A stretch of 47,284 nucleotides of DNA, taken from NCBI GenBank assembly GCA_020536535.1, contig JAHLWZ010000776.1, positions 1 to 47,284 of the forward strand, read 5' to 3'. Below are positions 1-12,107 of this stretch, one piece after another. Source of the DNA: Pelomyxa schiedti. Its lineage: Eukaryota > Protista > Evosea. Every line of letters begins with the position of its first letter. Position 1 is the stretch's first letter. Under the pieces are notes generated by a model, which did not search any database, was not told the origin of the DNA, and saw nothing but the letters and a program-made list of their open reading frames with translations. Both the position numbers and the translations under genes were made by a program.

Positions 1-564
1 GTTCGACTTAAAACTCCGTTTTTTTACCCCAAGTTTGCCGCACCCCAACTTATCGCGGAGTAAACTCCCGAAACTAAGTTGGTTCCGAAGAGTAAACTCC
101 GAAAAGCATTGGCCTTCCCAAAACTGTCCACAGTCAATTCCAAAGAGGATCCCAACTTGGCAAGCTTCCAGGGGGGATGGACTAAGTTGGTCAAATCAGC
201 TGTAGTAGTCACTTTGTGCTCCCAACCTGAGGGTCGTCGACATGGATTTCGTTTTGCCCGACTTTGGCCAAAACGGGGCGTGATCAACGTTTTGTTGATG
301 ACTTGCGGTGCGTCGTTCACTTCAATGCGGAGAAGCAATTGAATTCAATTCCCGCATGGAACGTTTTTAGCATCCGGTTCGAGGATTTCGACTTTTCCGG
401 GTTTGTTGTGCACGTCAAATGAAGGGACAACCTTCACAACGGCTTCTCCTTATATGGGAACATCAGCGGGCCCAAATCATTTTTTCTGCTTTTTTTTCAA
501 TCCAGAAAGACAAAGAAAGAAACGGAACGGGTTCAAAACGAAACAAAAACAAACATACAAAACA

Positions 565-685
565 ACAAAAAAACAAACAAACAAACAAGAACACACACAA
601 AAGAACAACCCAAGATGGAAACGCATAAAGGAGGCACACTGCCCAAGCGCAGCTGCGACCACTCCAGGACCTGCTCCAAGACCAG
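565..685 (+). repeat. 121-bp segment, copy A (5' leader and first codons of the gene at 615)
   Basis: 565-685 is the exact reverse complement of 1209-1329. Both ends were checked base by base; identity stops at 564/1330. Confidence 0.92.
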
Positions 686-938
686 CCACTCTTGCGTCTG
701 CGACTCGGTCCTAGCCGTGCTCGTCCTTCTTCAGCTGGTGCTGCTCGCCGTCGGCCTCGCCTACGTCTTGTATGTAACAGCTCCCGTGGGCGACGTATGC
801 ACATGGTGGCCGTGGGCCGTGGCCATCTCTTGCCTGATTTTCCTCCTCGACGCGTTGGCTACCTCTGCTTTGCTCAGCGGCTTGGTTTGTGCTCGAGTGA
901 AGCGCGCCAAGTACGATTATTATGTAGAAATGGGTATG

Positions 939-978
<40 letters not shown>

Positions 979-1108
979 GTGTTACGAATCAAGTAACTTA
1001 CAATTGCTGAAGAACAGTTGGGAATAAATTGGATGGAGGTATCAGTGGATCAGGAACCAAACCAACGTTTGAAGCACCAGGTTCATTGCTCCATTCTATG
1101 TCCAATCC
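615..1108 (+). CDS. Partial membrane protein (two hydrophobic helices), truncated by the assembly gap
   Basis: ATG 615 METHKGG..., hydrophobic stretches VLAVLVLLQLVLLAVGLAYVLYV and WAVAISCLIFLLDALATSALLSGLV. GTATGT donor at 934, poly-T intron, CAG acceptor at 1017, then (V)GNKLDGGISGSG toward the N-run. Confidence 0.55.
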
Positions 1109-1208
1109 NNNNNNNNNNNNNNNNNNNNNNNNNNNNNNNNNNNNNNNNNNNNNNNNNNNNNNNNNNNNNNNNNNNNNNNNNNNNNNNNNNNNNNNNNNNN
1201 NNNNNNNN
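1109..1208. other. Scaffold gap (100 N)
   Basis: Run of exactly 100 N, a typical placeholder for a gap of unknown size. Confidence 0.99.
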
Positions 1209-1329
1209 CTGGTCTTGGAGCAGGTCCTGGAGTGGTCGCAGCTGCGCTTGGGCAGTGTGCCTCCTTTATGCGTTTCCATCTTGGGTTGTTCTTTTGTGTG
1301 TGTTCTTGTTTGTTTGTTTGTTTTTTTGT
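1209..1329 (-). repeat. 121-bp segment, copy B (inverted), including a second METHKGG start at 1279 reading into the gap
   Basis: Reverse complement of 565-685, directly abutting the gap. Confidence 0.92.
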
Positions 1330-1380
1330 ATTTTTCTACCAGCCGGCTTGAAACTGATTTTGTGTTTAGAAGAAAGAGTG

Positions 1381-4300
1381 ATGAATTCAGTTCAGGATGG
1401 CAGCAGCTCGGCGGCTCCCAAACCGGTTTGAGTGATTTTTTTTTTTTCCCCAATACTGATATGTCTTCCAGAGTATGTCGACTTGCTGCTGCTGGATTCT
1501 TGGCATTTTCGTCGTTCTTCTCTTTGTAGTTATCGTCGCCCTTGTCGTTGTTGTAGCTCTTTACAATCCTACGACCGTTCTTCCCACTCAACTCCCGGGC
1601 CTTTATGAGGTAGGTTCTCGTTCAATCTCTGATTGTTATCTAACAATAAGTTCAGGCTCTCGACATCAAGTACGATGTAAATGGTGTACCACATATCACC
1701 GCGCAGAACGTCCATGACGCGTTCATGGGTGTCGCTCTTGTACATTGCCGAGACAGGCTTTGGCAAATGGATATGAGTAGGAGACTGGGGCTTGGATCCC
1801 TTAGTGAGCTACTGGGAAGCACCGCACTACGTGCCGACATGTTCGGAAGCCAATTTATCCTTTTTATTGATTCAAATTCACCAGGAGCATCCACATTCTG
1901 GGACTTAATCGCGCTGTCGAACGAACTGTAGCTGCCTTAGATGACACGACAAGAATGGTAATGCAAGCCTATGTGGATGGCGTTAATGCATACCTTGCCA
2001 CAAACCCAACACTCCCCCTGGAGTATACTGTTCTTGGGGTCACGCCAAGACAATGGGAGATTGGAGATCTAATTGCCTGGTTTAAGGTATGCTCCGAGCA
2101 ATTGTTTCACGTTTCCACTTGGGAGTTAAGTCCTACACCAGGTTATCGATATGTACATGTCCCATGACCTCCGAAGGACACAAATGTTTTATGATTTCCT
2201 CACTGTTTATGGCCTTTCTTACGAGAGAATTATGACACTTCTACCACCAGTGGACAGGTCTCTCTTCCTGCGCCATGCTTAAGAGTCACTGTTTCTCTAG
2301 ATCGGCTGTACCAACAGCAATCCTTCTCGAAGATATGGCTAATGGGCATGGCCCAGCACTTGGGCGAGTATGCCCTGCTAGTGAAACGGACCCGCCAGCT
2401 ATGATCGATTTCATTAACAGCTTCATTGGTCAAGCTGCTCCCACCGGTGATGAAGAAGATGATGATTCGTCTTCAGGAAAATACTTTTTCTCTGAATTCT
2501 TTTTTGGAGGCGTGAAAGCATCCAATAATTGGGTGGTAAGTGCGCAATTTTACTGTTGTGGGTTAACTTTTGGAAAGGTTAGTGGTGAGTTTACTGGTGC
2601 AGGACCAATTTTGGCTAACGATCCTCATTTAACTCTCAGTTCACCGTCTGTTTGGTATCAACTGCATTTAACCATTGAAGGTAGGAACATTCAGTTATTT
2701 CATGGTTAACCTAACCCACTTTCCAAGACGAACAAGAAATTTATGGAGTTACCTTCCCAGGGTACCCATTTGCCCTTCTGGGCAAGACAAATAAGTTCTC
2801 ATGGGGAGTCACGAATGCTGGCGTTGATGTACAGGACCTGTAAGTAGACAACGAAAACATTAGCGTTGCCCAATAGTTTTGTCGAGCTGAACGCGATATA
2901 GATATCTTATTGATCTGGATCCTTCCGACTCGAGTAGGTACATGAAACACGGAGTCAGCTATCCCTTCAAAGTAATTACAGAACAAATTGCAGTGAAGGT
3001 ACCTCGTTTTAAGTAATAGAAGGTAGCTAACACGCCAATTCAGGATAGTTCTTCGTATCCTGTCACTGTACGACTTACGCAAGATGACATGCCTATTCTT
3101 ACCGACATGTACATGCCAATTCGCAATGGTCCTCCAATTGCTCTGAAATGGGCTTGTATTGATCCAAGTGTGACCGATACTACCCCAAAGGGACTCTATC
3201 ATTTGAATCTGGATGTTGATGACTGGGCTTCCTTCAAGGATGCAATGAGGTACGGTAATTCTTAGCTGCCTCCACAACACTGACATCTTACTCTCAGCTA
3301 TTCTATTGGCCCCGTACTGAACTTTGTATTTGCGTCAAATACTGGCGGTAGGCCCGTGTACATATCAAGTCCATTTTAATTGTGCCCATTATGTAGATAT
3401 TGGATACCACTTGGTAGGCCGTGTTCCTCAAAGGCCACTCGGTTTTACCGGCGGCTGGCCTGTCCCCTACAATGGAAGGTTGGGCTGACAACACCAAGTG
3501 TTGCTCTAAACGCTTTTAGTTACGACTGGAATGGGTTCATTGAGTTTAATGACCTGCCGTGGACTCTGAATCCTCCAAGGGGCTGGATCGCAAATGCTAA
3601 CAGTATGATTACTCCAATCGGATACGAAGCAGAGGGCTGTGTGAGTAAAGACTACTGTTTAATATGCCAGTAACCATCCCTAGCTGATGCCTGGTGGATG
3701 GGACGCCCACTTCCGACAGCAACGAATGGACGACGTACTTGCAGAACTGGTTGCAAATGCCAACCAGCATCCAGTTTCCGTTTATGACATGCAAACTCTC
3801 CAAATGGACGCAGTCGCTTACAGATTCAATTCGCTCTATCCGCTATTCGAAACCTTGCACCAGCACCCTGAGTTATTGTCAGACGACTCTCAAGAGTGGG
3901 TTCAGCGCCTGCTCTTCTGGGACAGTGATTCCGGCATAGGATCTCACGAAGCAGCAATCTTCAACTCCTTCCTTCTAGAGCTTTTACGAGTCGATAAGGC
4001 CGAAACGGGGCAGGACCAATGGGGAAATTGGTTCAACGCCTGGATGCACATCGTGAACGTTTTTACTGGAGATGTATGGAAAACGCTTATGAGATTTTCC
4101 CTCACCAGTGTTAGGAATATGACCCTGGCTGTGGTGGCGATTGCCTTGCGTACGCTGCACAAGCATTCAATAACGCATTCATCAGAGTTAATAGCTCAAC
4201 TGAATGGGGGTACGCAAATCCTATCCCATACATACAAAGTAGTGGAAAAGGGCTCAAGAGGGAAAAAAAAAAGCAACACCGCACCACAACCCTCCTCCCT

Positions 4301-4677
4301 AACTAACAACACACAGAGTCGACGTTCACAAGGCCTACTTCCTTCATTCTGTAATGTCCAGCGCACCAGATATGGTGAGCTGCATGTTTAACCGAAATGC
4401 CGAGGACGGCGGCGACTGTGCCACAATTCAGTCAGGATGCCCGGCCGATTCTGCGGACTTCCGCTGTGTGTCCGGACCAGGAATGAGATGCGTGTTTGAG
4501 TTCCCTGGTGGGGACCACTTCGAAAACACAATCAGCTGGATGAACTCTGTTGGAAACAGTGGGAACCCACTCTCGTGGCACTACGACGACCTTCTGGGGC
4601 CCTGGTCTGATGGAGGCTTCACCGACCCCACCACGGCCGCAATAGAAACCGTCTTCCACATTGAACCAGAGTACTAA
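1381..4677 (+). CDS. Penicillin amidase / AHL-acylase family Ntn-hydrolase (peptidase S45) with N-terminal membrane anchor, multi-exon
   Basis: TM WILGIFVVLLFVVIVALVVVVALY. Alpha-chain motifs DVNGVPHITA and DRLWQMDMSRRLGLGSLSELLG. Beta-chain nucleophile SNNWVV (TCC at 2521) followed by GPILANDPHL..PSVWYQLHL. GWIANAN at 3581-3601. C-terminal GNSGNPLSWHYDD..W. Start 1381 is inferred via the GT-AG intron 1426-1471. Confidence 0.88.
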
Positions 4678-4885
4678 GTGCCCCACACCAACACAACCCG
4701 CAGGCCCAAAAACAGTACAAATAGAAACTGAGTTCTTAACTTAAAAATCAAAAAAAAAAAAAAAAAACCCAATTCCCAGAAAAGCCTTTTCGACTTCTCG
4801 AGAAAACAAACACGAACACAAAAAAAAAAAAAAAAAAAAAAAAAACCCCACCCCCGACCGAAGAACACCCAGCCACCAGGTCGAA

Positions 4886-6013
4886 ATGACTACATCGGCA
4901 GCGAACCCACCAGTAGTGAGCGAGGCACCAGTGGCACTGATCGGGGTGATAGGGGGCACTGGGTTCTACCAGTTCCCGGGGCTCACGGACGTGCGGACGT
5001 ACCCGCAGCTGGCGGACACGCCCTTCGGCGCGGCGTCGTCGGCGCCGCTGGTGGGGACGCTGCGGGGCAAGCGCGTGGCGTTCATCGCGAGGCACGGGAC
5101 GGGCCACGACAGGCTGCCCAGCGAGGTCAACTACGTGGCCAACATGTGGGCGCTCAAGTCGCTCGGCGTCAAGTTCGTGCTCGCCGTGTCCGCCGTTGGG
5201 TCGCTGAAGATCGAGCACAAGCCCATGGACGTCGTGCTGCCCCTGCAGTTTATTGACAAGACCTTCAAGAGGAGGTACGTTGCTGTTGGGTTACTTTCGC
5301 TTATGGGTGCGGTCGTTTCTTGTAATTTTTTCCTTTTTTTTTTTTTGTTTTTCCACTATTTTTTTTTCCCGTAGTAATAACCAACAAAAGGAACACGATC
5401 TTTGGTGATGGGATTGTGGGACATGTGGGATTTGCCCATCCAATCTCTGAGGAGCTTGCCAAAAGTACAGTTTTTCAATTTCCCCATGTTAGACTTAATA
5501 CTGGCAGTTGTACTTGAGGCATCCAAGACAGTGGGCTTGTCTGTCCCAGTGACAGTATGTAATTTCAGTATTTACTATTTATTCCACTCAGTTTTTAAAA
5601 ACCAACAGCTCGGGGGCACCTATGTGTGCATTGAAGGACCACTGTTTAGCACAAAAGCAGAATCCGAACTTCATCGATCATGGGGTTGCGCTGTAGTTGG
5701 CATGACTGGAGCAACAGAGGCTAGAATTGCCCGTGAGGCTGAGTTGGCTTATGCTACAATAGCACTCGTCACTGATTATGATTGCTGGCGCGAGGAAGAA
5801 GCAGACCAAGTATCAACAGAAACTGTGGTGAGGTACTTGAGAGCCAATGCAGAAAATGCCCAGAAGATAGTCACTGCAACTGTGGCCATGCTTGACACAA
5901 GTATGGACATGAAGGCCCACCATGCCCTTGAATTCTCCATCATGAACAAGGCAACAATCCCCCCAGCAACCAAGGAAAAACTGGATGTGTTCTTGCACAG
6001 ACACCTGCTATAA
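4886..6013 (+). CDS. MTAP: S-methyl-5'-thioadenosine phosphorylase
   Basis: IGVIGGTG, TPFG, FIARHGTGH..PSEVNYVANMWALK, GGTYVCIEGPLFSTKAES, VVGMT, EAELAYATIALVTDYDCW. Several GT-AG introns, the first with its donor at 5276. Confidence 0.96.
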
Positions 6014-6069
6014 ACTTTTGTGCTCCAGAAAAACTTTTTTAAAAAGTCACATTTTTAAACAATTGCTTT

Positions 6070-7166
6070 TCAGTAAGGTACAAGTGTTATAGCATTCCTT
6101 GCTGCAAGTAGCTTTATTCTTTCAGTTACTTGTATTCTCCCAATGTGAAGCCTCTTTAGGCGCACGTGCTTGTTCTTAATTGCCGGGCACACTTCCAAGC
6201 CAGCAACACTACATTGCTTCAGGAGTTCCTCTATTCCAGAAGCTGTAACTCTTGTGCTGCATATGACCAAATCTCGCAGTGTTGATGACTCACTTGTTGC
6301 AATGACTGAGGCCAAGCTGTCACCCACAGGGCACCCCCACAGGGATATTGACCGCATTGATTTGCACTTGGCTAGAATTGATGCAACGCCACTTTCTGTG
6401 ACTTCAGTAAATCCAACATCGAGTGTGACTAAACCGGCACAAGAATTGGCAATCTTTGCGCAGGCAGTATCGCGGATACTGTCTATATCACTAATATCCA
6501 AATTCTCCAAGTGCAAGCGAGACAGCAGTGGCATCGCAGCTTCTGTTATCTGCATTGGAGGGTACAGAAAAAAGAACGGGAATAAATTCTGGAGGTTACT
6601 CTTAGGAGTTGAGAGAAATCACCTGGGTTCCTTTTAGGCGCAAGTTCCTGATGGAGGGGCATAACCTCACCAGGTTGGCGATGCTTTTATTTGTTATCTT
6701 TGCCCAGGAAAGATCCACAATTTGTAAGTCTCTACAATGTGATGCAATGGCCACACAACCATCATCAGTAAGAGCTTTTAACGAGAAAATTGAAATGTAA
6801 GGCCCAAAGTAATCCAACAGTTAAAAGAATCATAGAATATAGAATGGGAATAATAGAAGAGATACTAACTAGCAGGAGGATACAGCAGAGATAAGTTATG
6901 GGCCTGGCCCAAATAAGGCGCAGTGCAGATCAATTTTGCAGTTGCGTCCACGCTGGGAATCTGCAAATCGCGCCAAAGTGCCGGATCACTGGCCAGTCTT
7001 TTCCACAGTTGACAAACACAACGAGTTTTGGCTCGTTCCCTAAGAGTGATTGGACGAAGGGCCCAGAAGCCTCCAGGAGGCACCCATAAGTGTAGTGTGA
7101 CTACCTTTGCGACAGCGTGGGAAAAACCAACATCAGGGCCATTTGCACTCGGTTAATGTCTGCCAT
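6070..7166 (-). CDS. F-box / leucine-rich repeat protein (FBXL-like)
   Basis: Spliced N-terminus MADINRVQMALMLVFPTLSQR|ERAKTRCVCQLWKRLASDPALWRDL (F-box). AMN1-type LRRs follow: LTDDGCVAIASHCRDLQIVDLSWAKIT, LVTLDVGFTEVTESGVASILAKC, ISLWGCPVGD. Confidence 0.85.
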
Positions 7167-7405
7167 TTCGTTTCGTCCCCACCTCCAAACGAGTTTCGGG
7201 ATCTTCCCGGAAAAAACCTTCCGTCAAAACAGACAATTTCCACCAGCTCAGGGGTGGATACTTCTCCACATTAACCTAGTCCTCCCTGCGTTGTTCCTGT
7301 TGGTGCCTCTATGATGCCTTCTGAGTCTCACGAATCCCCCAGGATACCCGAGATCTGGAGGAAAGCGAACAAATCCAGCCAAAAGAACAGACAAAGGGGT
7401 GTGGC

Positions 7406-8890
7406 ATGTGGCCGGCAGAGTCGGGTGTCACGAGGCCGAGCAATACGTCGGCGATACAAGCGCCGCCATCTGCTTTCGTGCCGTCGTCGTCGCAGATCCC
7501 GCTGGTCTCTTCTTCTTCGTCATCTTCGTCTATTTCGGGAGCAACCACGGCAGCAGCGCCGCCAACAACGAATCCGTCTCCCACAAGTTCGTTTTCTTCC
7601 GGTGCGACTGCGACGACGGCGGCGCCCGGCGCCTCGTCCGATTCTGCCAGTGCAAATGCCGTAGCGACGTCGGCGGATTTCGTTGTGAGCCCCGAGGACT
7701 CCCTGCCGGAAACGATGTTTTTATCTCTGCCGACCACGCCCGATTTCATGTGCCCGGTGTGCTTGTGTGTGCCCACTTCGGCGAAGGCCCAGGAGCACGA
7801 AGTTTGCGGGAGACTGTTTTGTGACACTTGCTTGTCTCAATTGGTAACTGGATTCAATATTTGATTTTCAACGGTTTCACCTTTCTGTTCTCTCGGAGTT
7901 GAACTGAACAAAAGTTTTTCCCATGCAGTGTACTGACAAGCACGACGCTTGCCCATTCTGCACTCAGTCACTACGTAAAAACTGCCGATCAGTGAAAGAG
8001 AAGAACCTATTTTTATTCCGTCTTCTGGAAGGTTAGGCCATACCACTCAAAAAATCCCATACCATTTCACTCCGTTCTCTATCCACAATATTAAGCTGTT
8101 CCAAGGCCTGAATGTACGGTGTGTGAACCATGCACGAGGTTGCACATATGTCGGCGAATGGAAGCACATGAGAACTCACGTTGAGCGAGATTGCACTTAC
8201 GTTCCCAAACCTTGTCCTGTTATTGGTTGCAAACATGGCATCTCTGGTGACAGTACCGGCGTTAAAAAACACCTCAACGATCATTTACACTCACACATAC
8301 TTCTTTTACAGGTAGTTTTTCTCAGTGACATTCCATACTCACTTTGTTTCAGGATCAAATCACTCAATTAACCGCAACGGTGAAGGTGCTTTTGTCTACT
8401 CATTCCCCCCTTGTCTTTTTTCACTGGTTCGCAAGGATCTCGAAAGTAGGCTTACTGAGATGCCTGACCGCCAACCCTCTGGAAACCAAGTCATTTTATT
8501 GTTAAAGAAGTCATCCCCCACTGCCCAAAGACTCGTTGCCGACTTCAACTGTGTGGGTCAACGTTGGCAGATAAGAATTTTCCCTGAGGGAGACTCATCA
8601 TCCGATAAAGGTTTTCCTTTTCCCACTTGAAAAAAAAAAACCGTAGCTTCTCACCAAACACAACAGCCAACTGTGCTGTGTACCTCGAAAATCTTTCCCA
8701 CACTGTATTCGAGCCTTCCGTCAATGTCTCTGTGCAACTCCGCGACATGCAGTTCAAGACAAAGACACTTGTTGGGGGGCCAAAGTACCCCTTCACAGCC
8801 ACTAATCCCTGCTGGGGCTGGTCAAACTTCTCCCCAAAGAAGGACTTGCCCGATGACAACATCACTGTACTTGTCCAGTTCAATACTTAG
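7406..8890 (+). CDS. TRAF-like protein (S/T-rich N-terminus, RING, TRAF zinc finger, MATH domain)
   Basis: RING CPVCLCVP...HEVCGRLFCDTC; TRAF-Zn CTNHARGC..GEWKHMRTHVERDCTYVPKPCPVIGC; MATH-like QRWQIRIFPEGD..CAVYLE..WGWSNF. Confidence 0.85.
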
Positions 8891-9052
8891 TTGGTCTTGA
8901 ACTGCTGCTCTTCAAGAGACAAACAAAAACGAAAAAACCTTTTTTTTTTTGGCGCATTTTCGCTTCGGCGCTTTTTTCCATTTATTGTGTTTTAGAACAG
9001 TGAACAAAAAAGAGGCTACACAAAGGCACAACACTCGGGAGTAGTAGTGGAC

Positions 9053-11953
9053 ATGGAGTCAGACAAGGAGCAAGCAACAGAGACAATAAAGGGAGAGAAT
9101 GAGGGTGATAACAGACACGAGACCGGTGATTGCAACACTCAGTTGGGAGGAGAGGTGGCCGTGGATGTGGTAGACGAAAGCCGAGGCGGAAGAGAGCTCG
9201 AGGGCGAGGGCGAGGGAGAGGACGAGGACGAGGACGAGGAGAGCGCCGGAGATACTGATGCTTATGAAGAAGGCAGTAACTGCCCTGAGGAGGAGAGTGA
9301 GGTTGCAGAGAGTGCTGCTGGTAGCGAAATTGGCCAAGAGGGTGGAGCGGAGGAGTTGGAAGCGGCAGGGAACTACAGTGCCCCAGTGCCACAGGCTAAT
9401 CCGGCCAAGCAGAAAAGAAACGCGGCGTTCAAGGCGTTTAGGTTCAAAATGAAGCTCCTGGGAGTGTTTATCCTGGTTAATGTAAGTGGAAGGAACTTGA
9501 CGGAGAGGGGAGAAAACCCTACATTCTAATGTCTTGTTAAAGGTGGTGTTTGTTCTTATGACACAGATGTTGCAAGCAAAGTACACCGGTTACATATTTC
9601 TTGGATGTGCGGATCCTGCTAACTGTTTGTGTACTTTCCAATAAATCTTGTCTTCTAGATATCATACTTTCAGCTTTACCCAAATTTCTCTTTGGCTCTC
9701 TTTTGGCGAAATGCCAACCGAGGTGGAATACACACAGAACTAGGCGCAAAGAAAAAGGTGCCAAAGAGTGGAAGATAGAGGCAGAGCCAGGTAAAATAGA
9801 TGCTTTATACTGGTCTAACGTTGGTAGTTTTGTGTCCCCGTTGTAATAATGATGCTGCCGGGCAAGTGAAGTGTCCAACTTGCAGTGAAGAGCTGGACAT
9901 TATAGGTTGACATATATTTGCTGGAGCTGGTCTAATCTTATGCAAAAGGGCATCCACCACTTGTCACGGCTTGTGTTACTGTACATCATGAAGATTCAAC
10001 AGGTCTAGAGTCGGGAGTGGCATCTTTTGAAGAAGCAGAATTGCCTTTTCCAGCTCAGCTATGCCAACTGGTGTACATCATTGATGGGAGATTTAATGGC
10101 AGAGGTAATTCCTTTTTGAGGTGCTGGGAGTAACCTCACATGCAGGTGAGTTTGACACAGTGCAATTCGACACAACCCGCTTCCTCTTATGCCGTCTCTT
10201 TCATTGCCCAGAGTCTCTGTGTATAACATCTCCATCTCATTACGACTCTGCTCCATTTGTTCCCTCTTCCCCTGGTGTAAGACATGCAGTACTGCCCACC
10301 ATGCTAGTTGATGGAACAGCGGTGTACAGAGGATTCCTTGAAAGGGGTATGCAATCTCTTATTTCTTCAGCTGGGTTCATTCTTGTAGGCATACCTTTTG
10401 TTGTTTTACTCAAGAGACAAAACAAAGGAAAGAGGCACTCGCACCAACAATTTTTCCAGTATATGGAAGCGTCAATAATTACACAAACACTAAATGCGAT
10501 AATGGTGCGCCTGTTGCAAACCTAAAAATTCCTGAAATATGCTCTAGTTTGTTGACAGTGATGTTGTTTTCTCCTGGAAGAACCACAATCAAGGAATGCG
10601 ACTTATGTATGAATTTCTGATGGCAAGACCAAATTTGGGTGGTGCCTGTGGGGAAATTGAAGTGTGGAAATGGACAAAGAATCCTATCACAATAACGCAG
10701 TACTTTGAGTACAAGAGCAACCAGTTTTTAGCAAAAACTTTTGAGAGCTGGTTTGGAATGGTAACTTGACAATACCTTTTATTGAAATCTCACCATGATG
10801 TTAAGGTGACCTGCCTTCCTGTAAGTCTTTACGGTTTCAAAAGGAATACCAACCATTATTTGACATAGGGTGCCTTTTGTATGGTTCGGCCGTGCGCATT
10901 GGAGGATGTACTCAATAATTACCTTCAAGTAGCTAATAGTGTAAGTGATCCCTCTAATCAGCGATAATTAATAATACTCTGCAAGATTCTTGAGAAGAAT
11001 CAACTAGGTTAATTCTCAATTTCAACGTAAAAAAAACCCCCAACAACAACAAAAAAAAAAACCCCACAGACCTAGGTGAAGACCGTACACTCACCACGCT
11101 ATTGCTGCAAGCCGGTTGGAACACAGGCTACATACCCGGCGCGAGGGCCCTCACAGAGGTGCCCCAGACTCTAATCACGCTCATCCGGCAGCGCCGCCGC
11201 TGGATAAACTCCACAATCGTAAACATGGTAAGCTTGTCCCTTCTCCCTATCCCTGTATATCTCCCCCCAATTTCATTTTCCATATCTCCCCAATTCAGTT
11301 TTCTCCTACTATTTCCCCTAATCCTCCTCCCCCTCTCCCCCAAACTGACTTTTGATCCCCATCCCACAAGTGGCTTTTGCTGCGGCACTCGACGCGGTGG
11401 GTCACAGCGCTGCCGCTGCTAGTGTCGCTCGCGGTGGAGCTGGTGTCGAGCTTCATACTGCCGACGGCGGTGCTGATGCTGTTCTTCCAGATGGGCGCCT
11501 CCGTGGGCCTGCATCCCACAATAGTCGTGGCGGTCGTGGTGGCGTGGGTGGTGGCCCTCGTGACCCTGTCGCTCACGGCGCAGATCGACCGCGTCAAGTA
11601 CGCCTTCGAGGCGTCGTCGATCATCGGCGCCGGGCTCATCGTGCTCATGATGGTGTACACTGTGCAGCACTTTGACGCCTTTGTGACCAAGTACTGGGCC
11701 GAGCTCGTCGTGGTCGTTGGGTGGGTGGGTATGTAGTTCCTCGTCTCACGTTTTCCGGCCGGCTAACTAGCTCTCCCACAATTTTTTAGGGATAGTGGTG
11801 ATTTCGTCGCTGATACACAGGCAGTTTGTGTCGGTGCTTGGCGTGGTGGCGCCGGTGTGCTGGCTACTGTTGAGTCCCACAATGTACGTGGTGGTGCCGA
11901 TCTACGCCATATGCAACGTGGACGATGTCTCTTGGGGCACAAGAGGCAGCTGA
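9053..11953 (+). CDS. Chitin synthase (GT2), acidic N-terminus, multi-exon
   Basis: FVDSD, GGACGEIEV, FESWFGMVT-CLPG, LGEDR (about 11072), QRRRWINS (about 11190), a C-terminal TM block and terminal NVDDVSWGTRGS-TGA (11951-11953). Confidence 0.93.
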
Positions 11954-12107
11954 GAACTCTAGAAGCGAAAAATAACTTTATGTTGCGTCAGTTTCGTTTC
12001 CAACTTTCTTCTTCAGACTCTTCCACCGCAGCACCATCCATCAGAGAAACTCGTGGTTTTCTTTTTTGCACGAAAAAGAGCCGTTAGTCAAAAGAGAAAA
12101 ACCACGG

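Noticed and set aside
940-977. Long poly-T/poly-A tracts (also near 4750-4846, 11030-11060) as functional repeats
   Set aside because: Simple homopolymers in introns and intergenic DNA, found throughout the window; lengths are unreliable in assemblies.
4748-5218. Long minus-strand ORFs over GC-rich exons (also 12041-12568, 13989-14534, 26764-27402)
   Set aside because: Expected stop-poor shadows of GC-rich coding sequence on the opposite strand.
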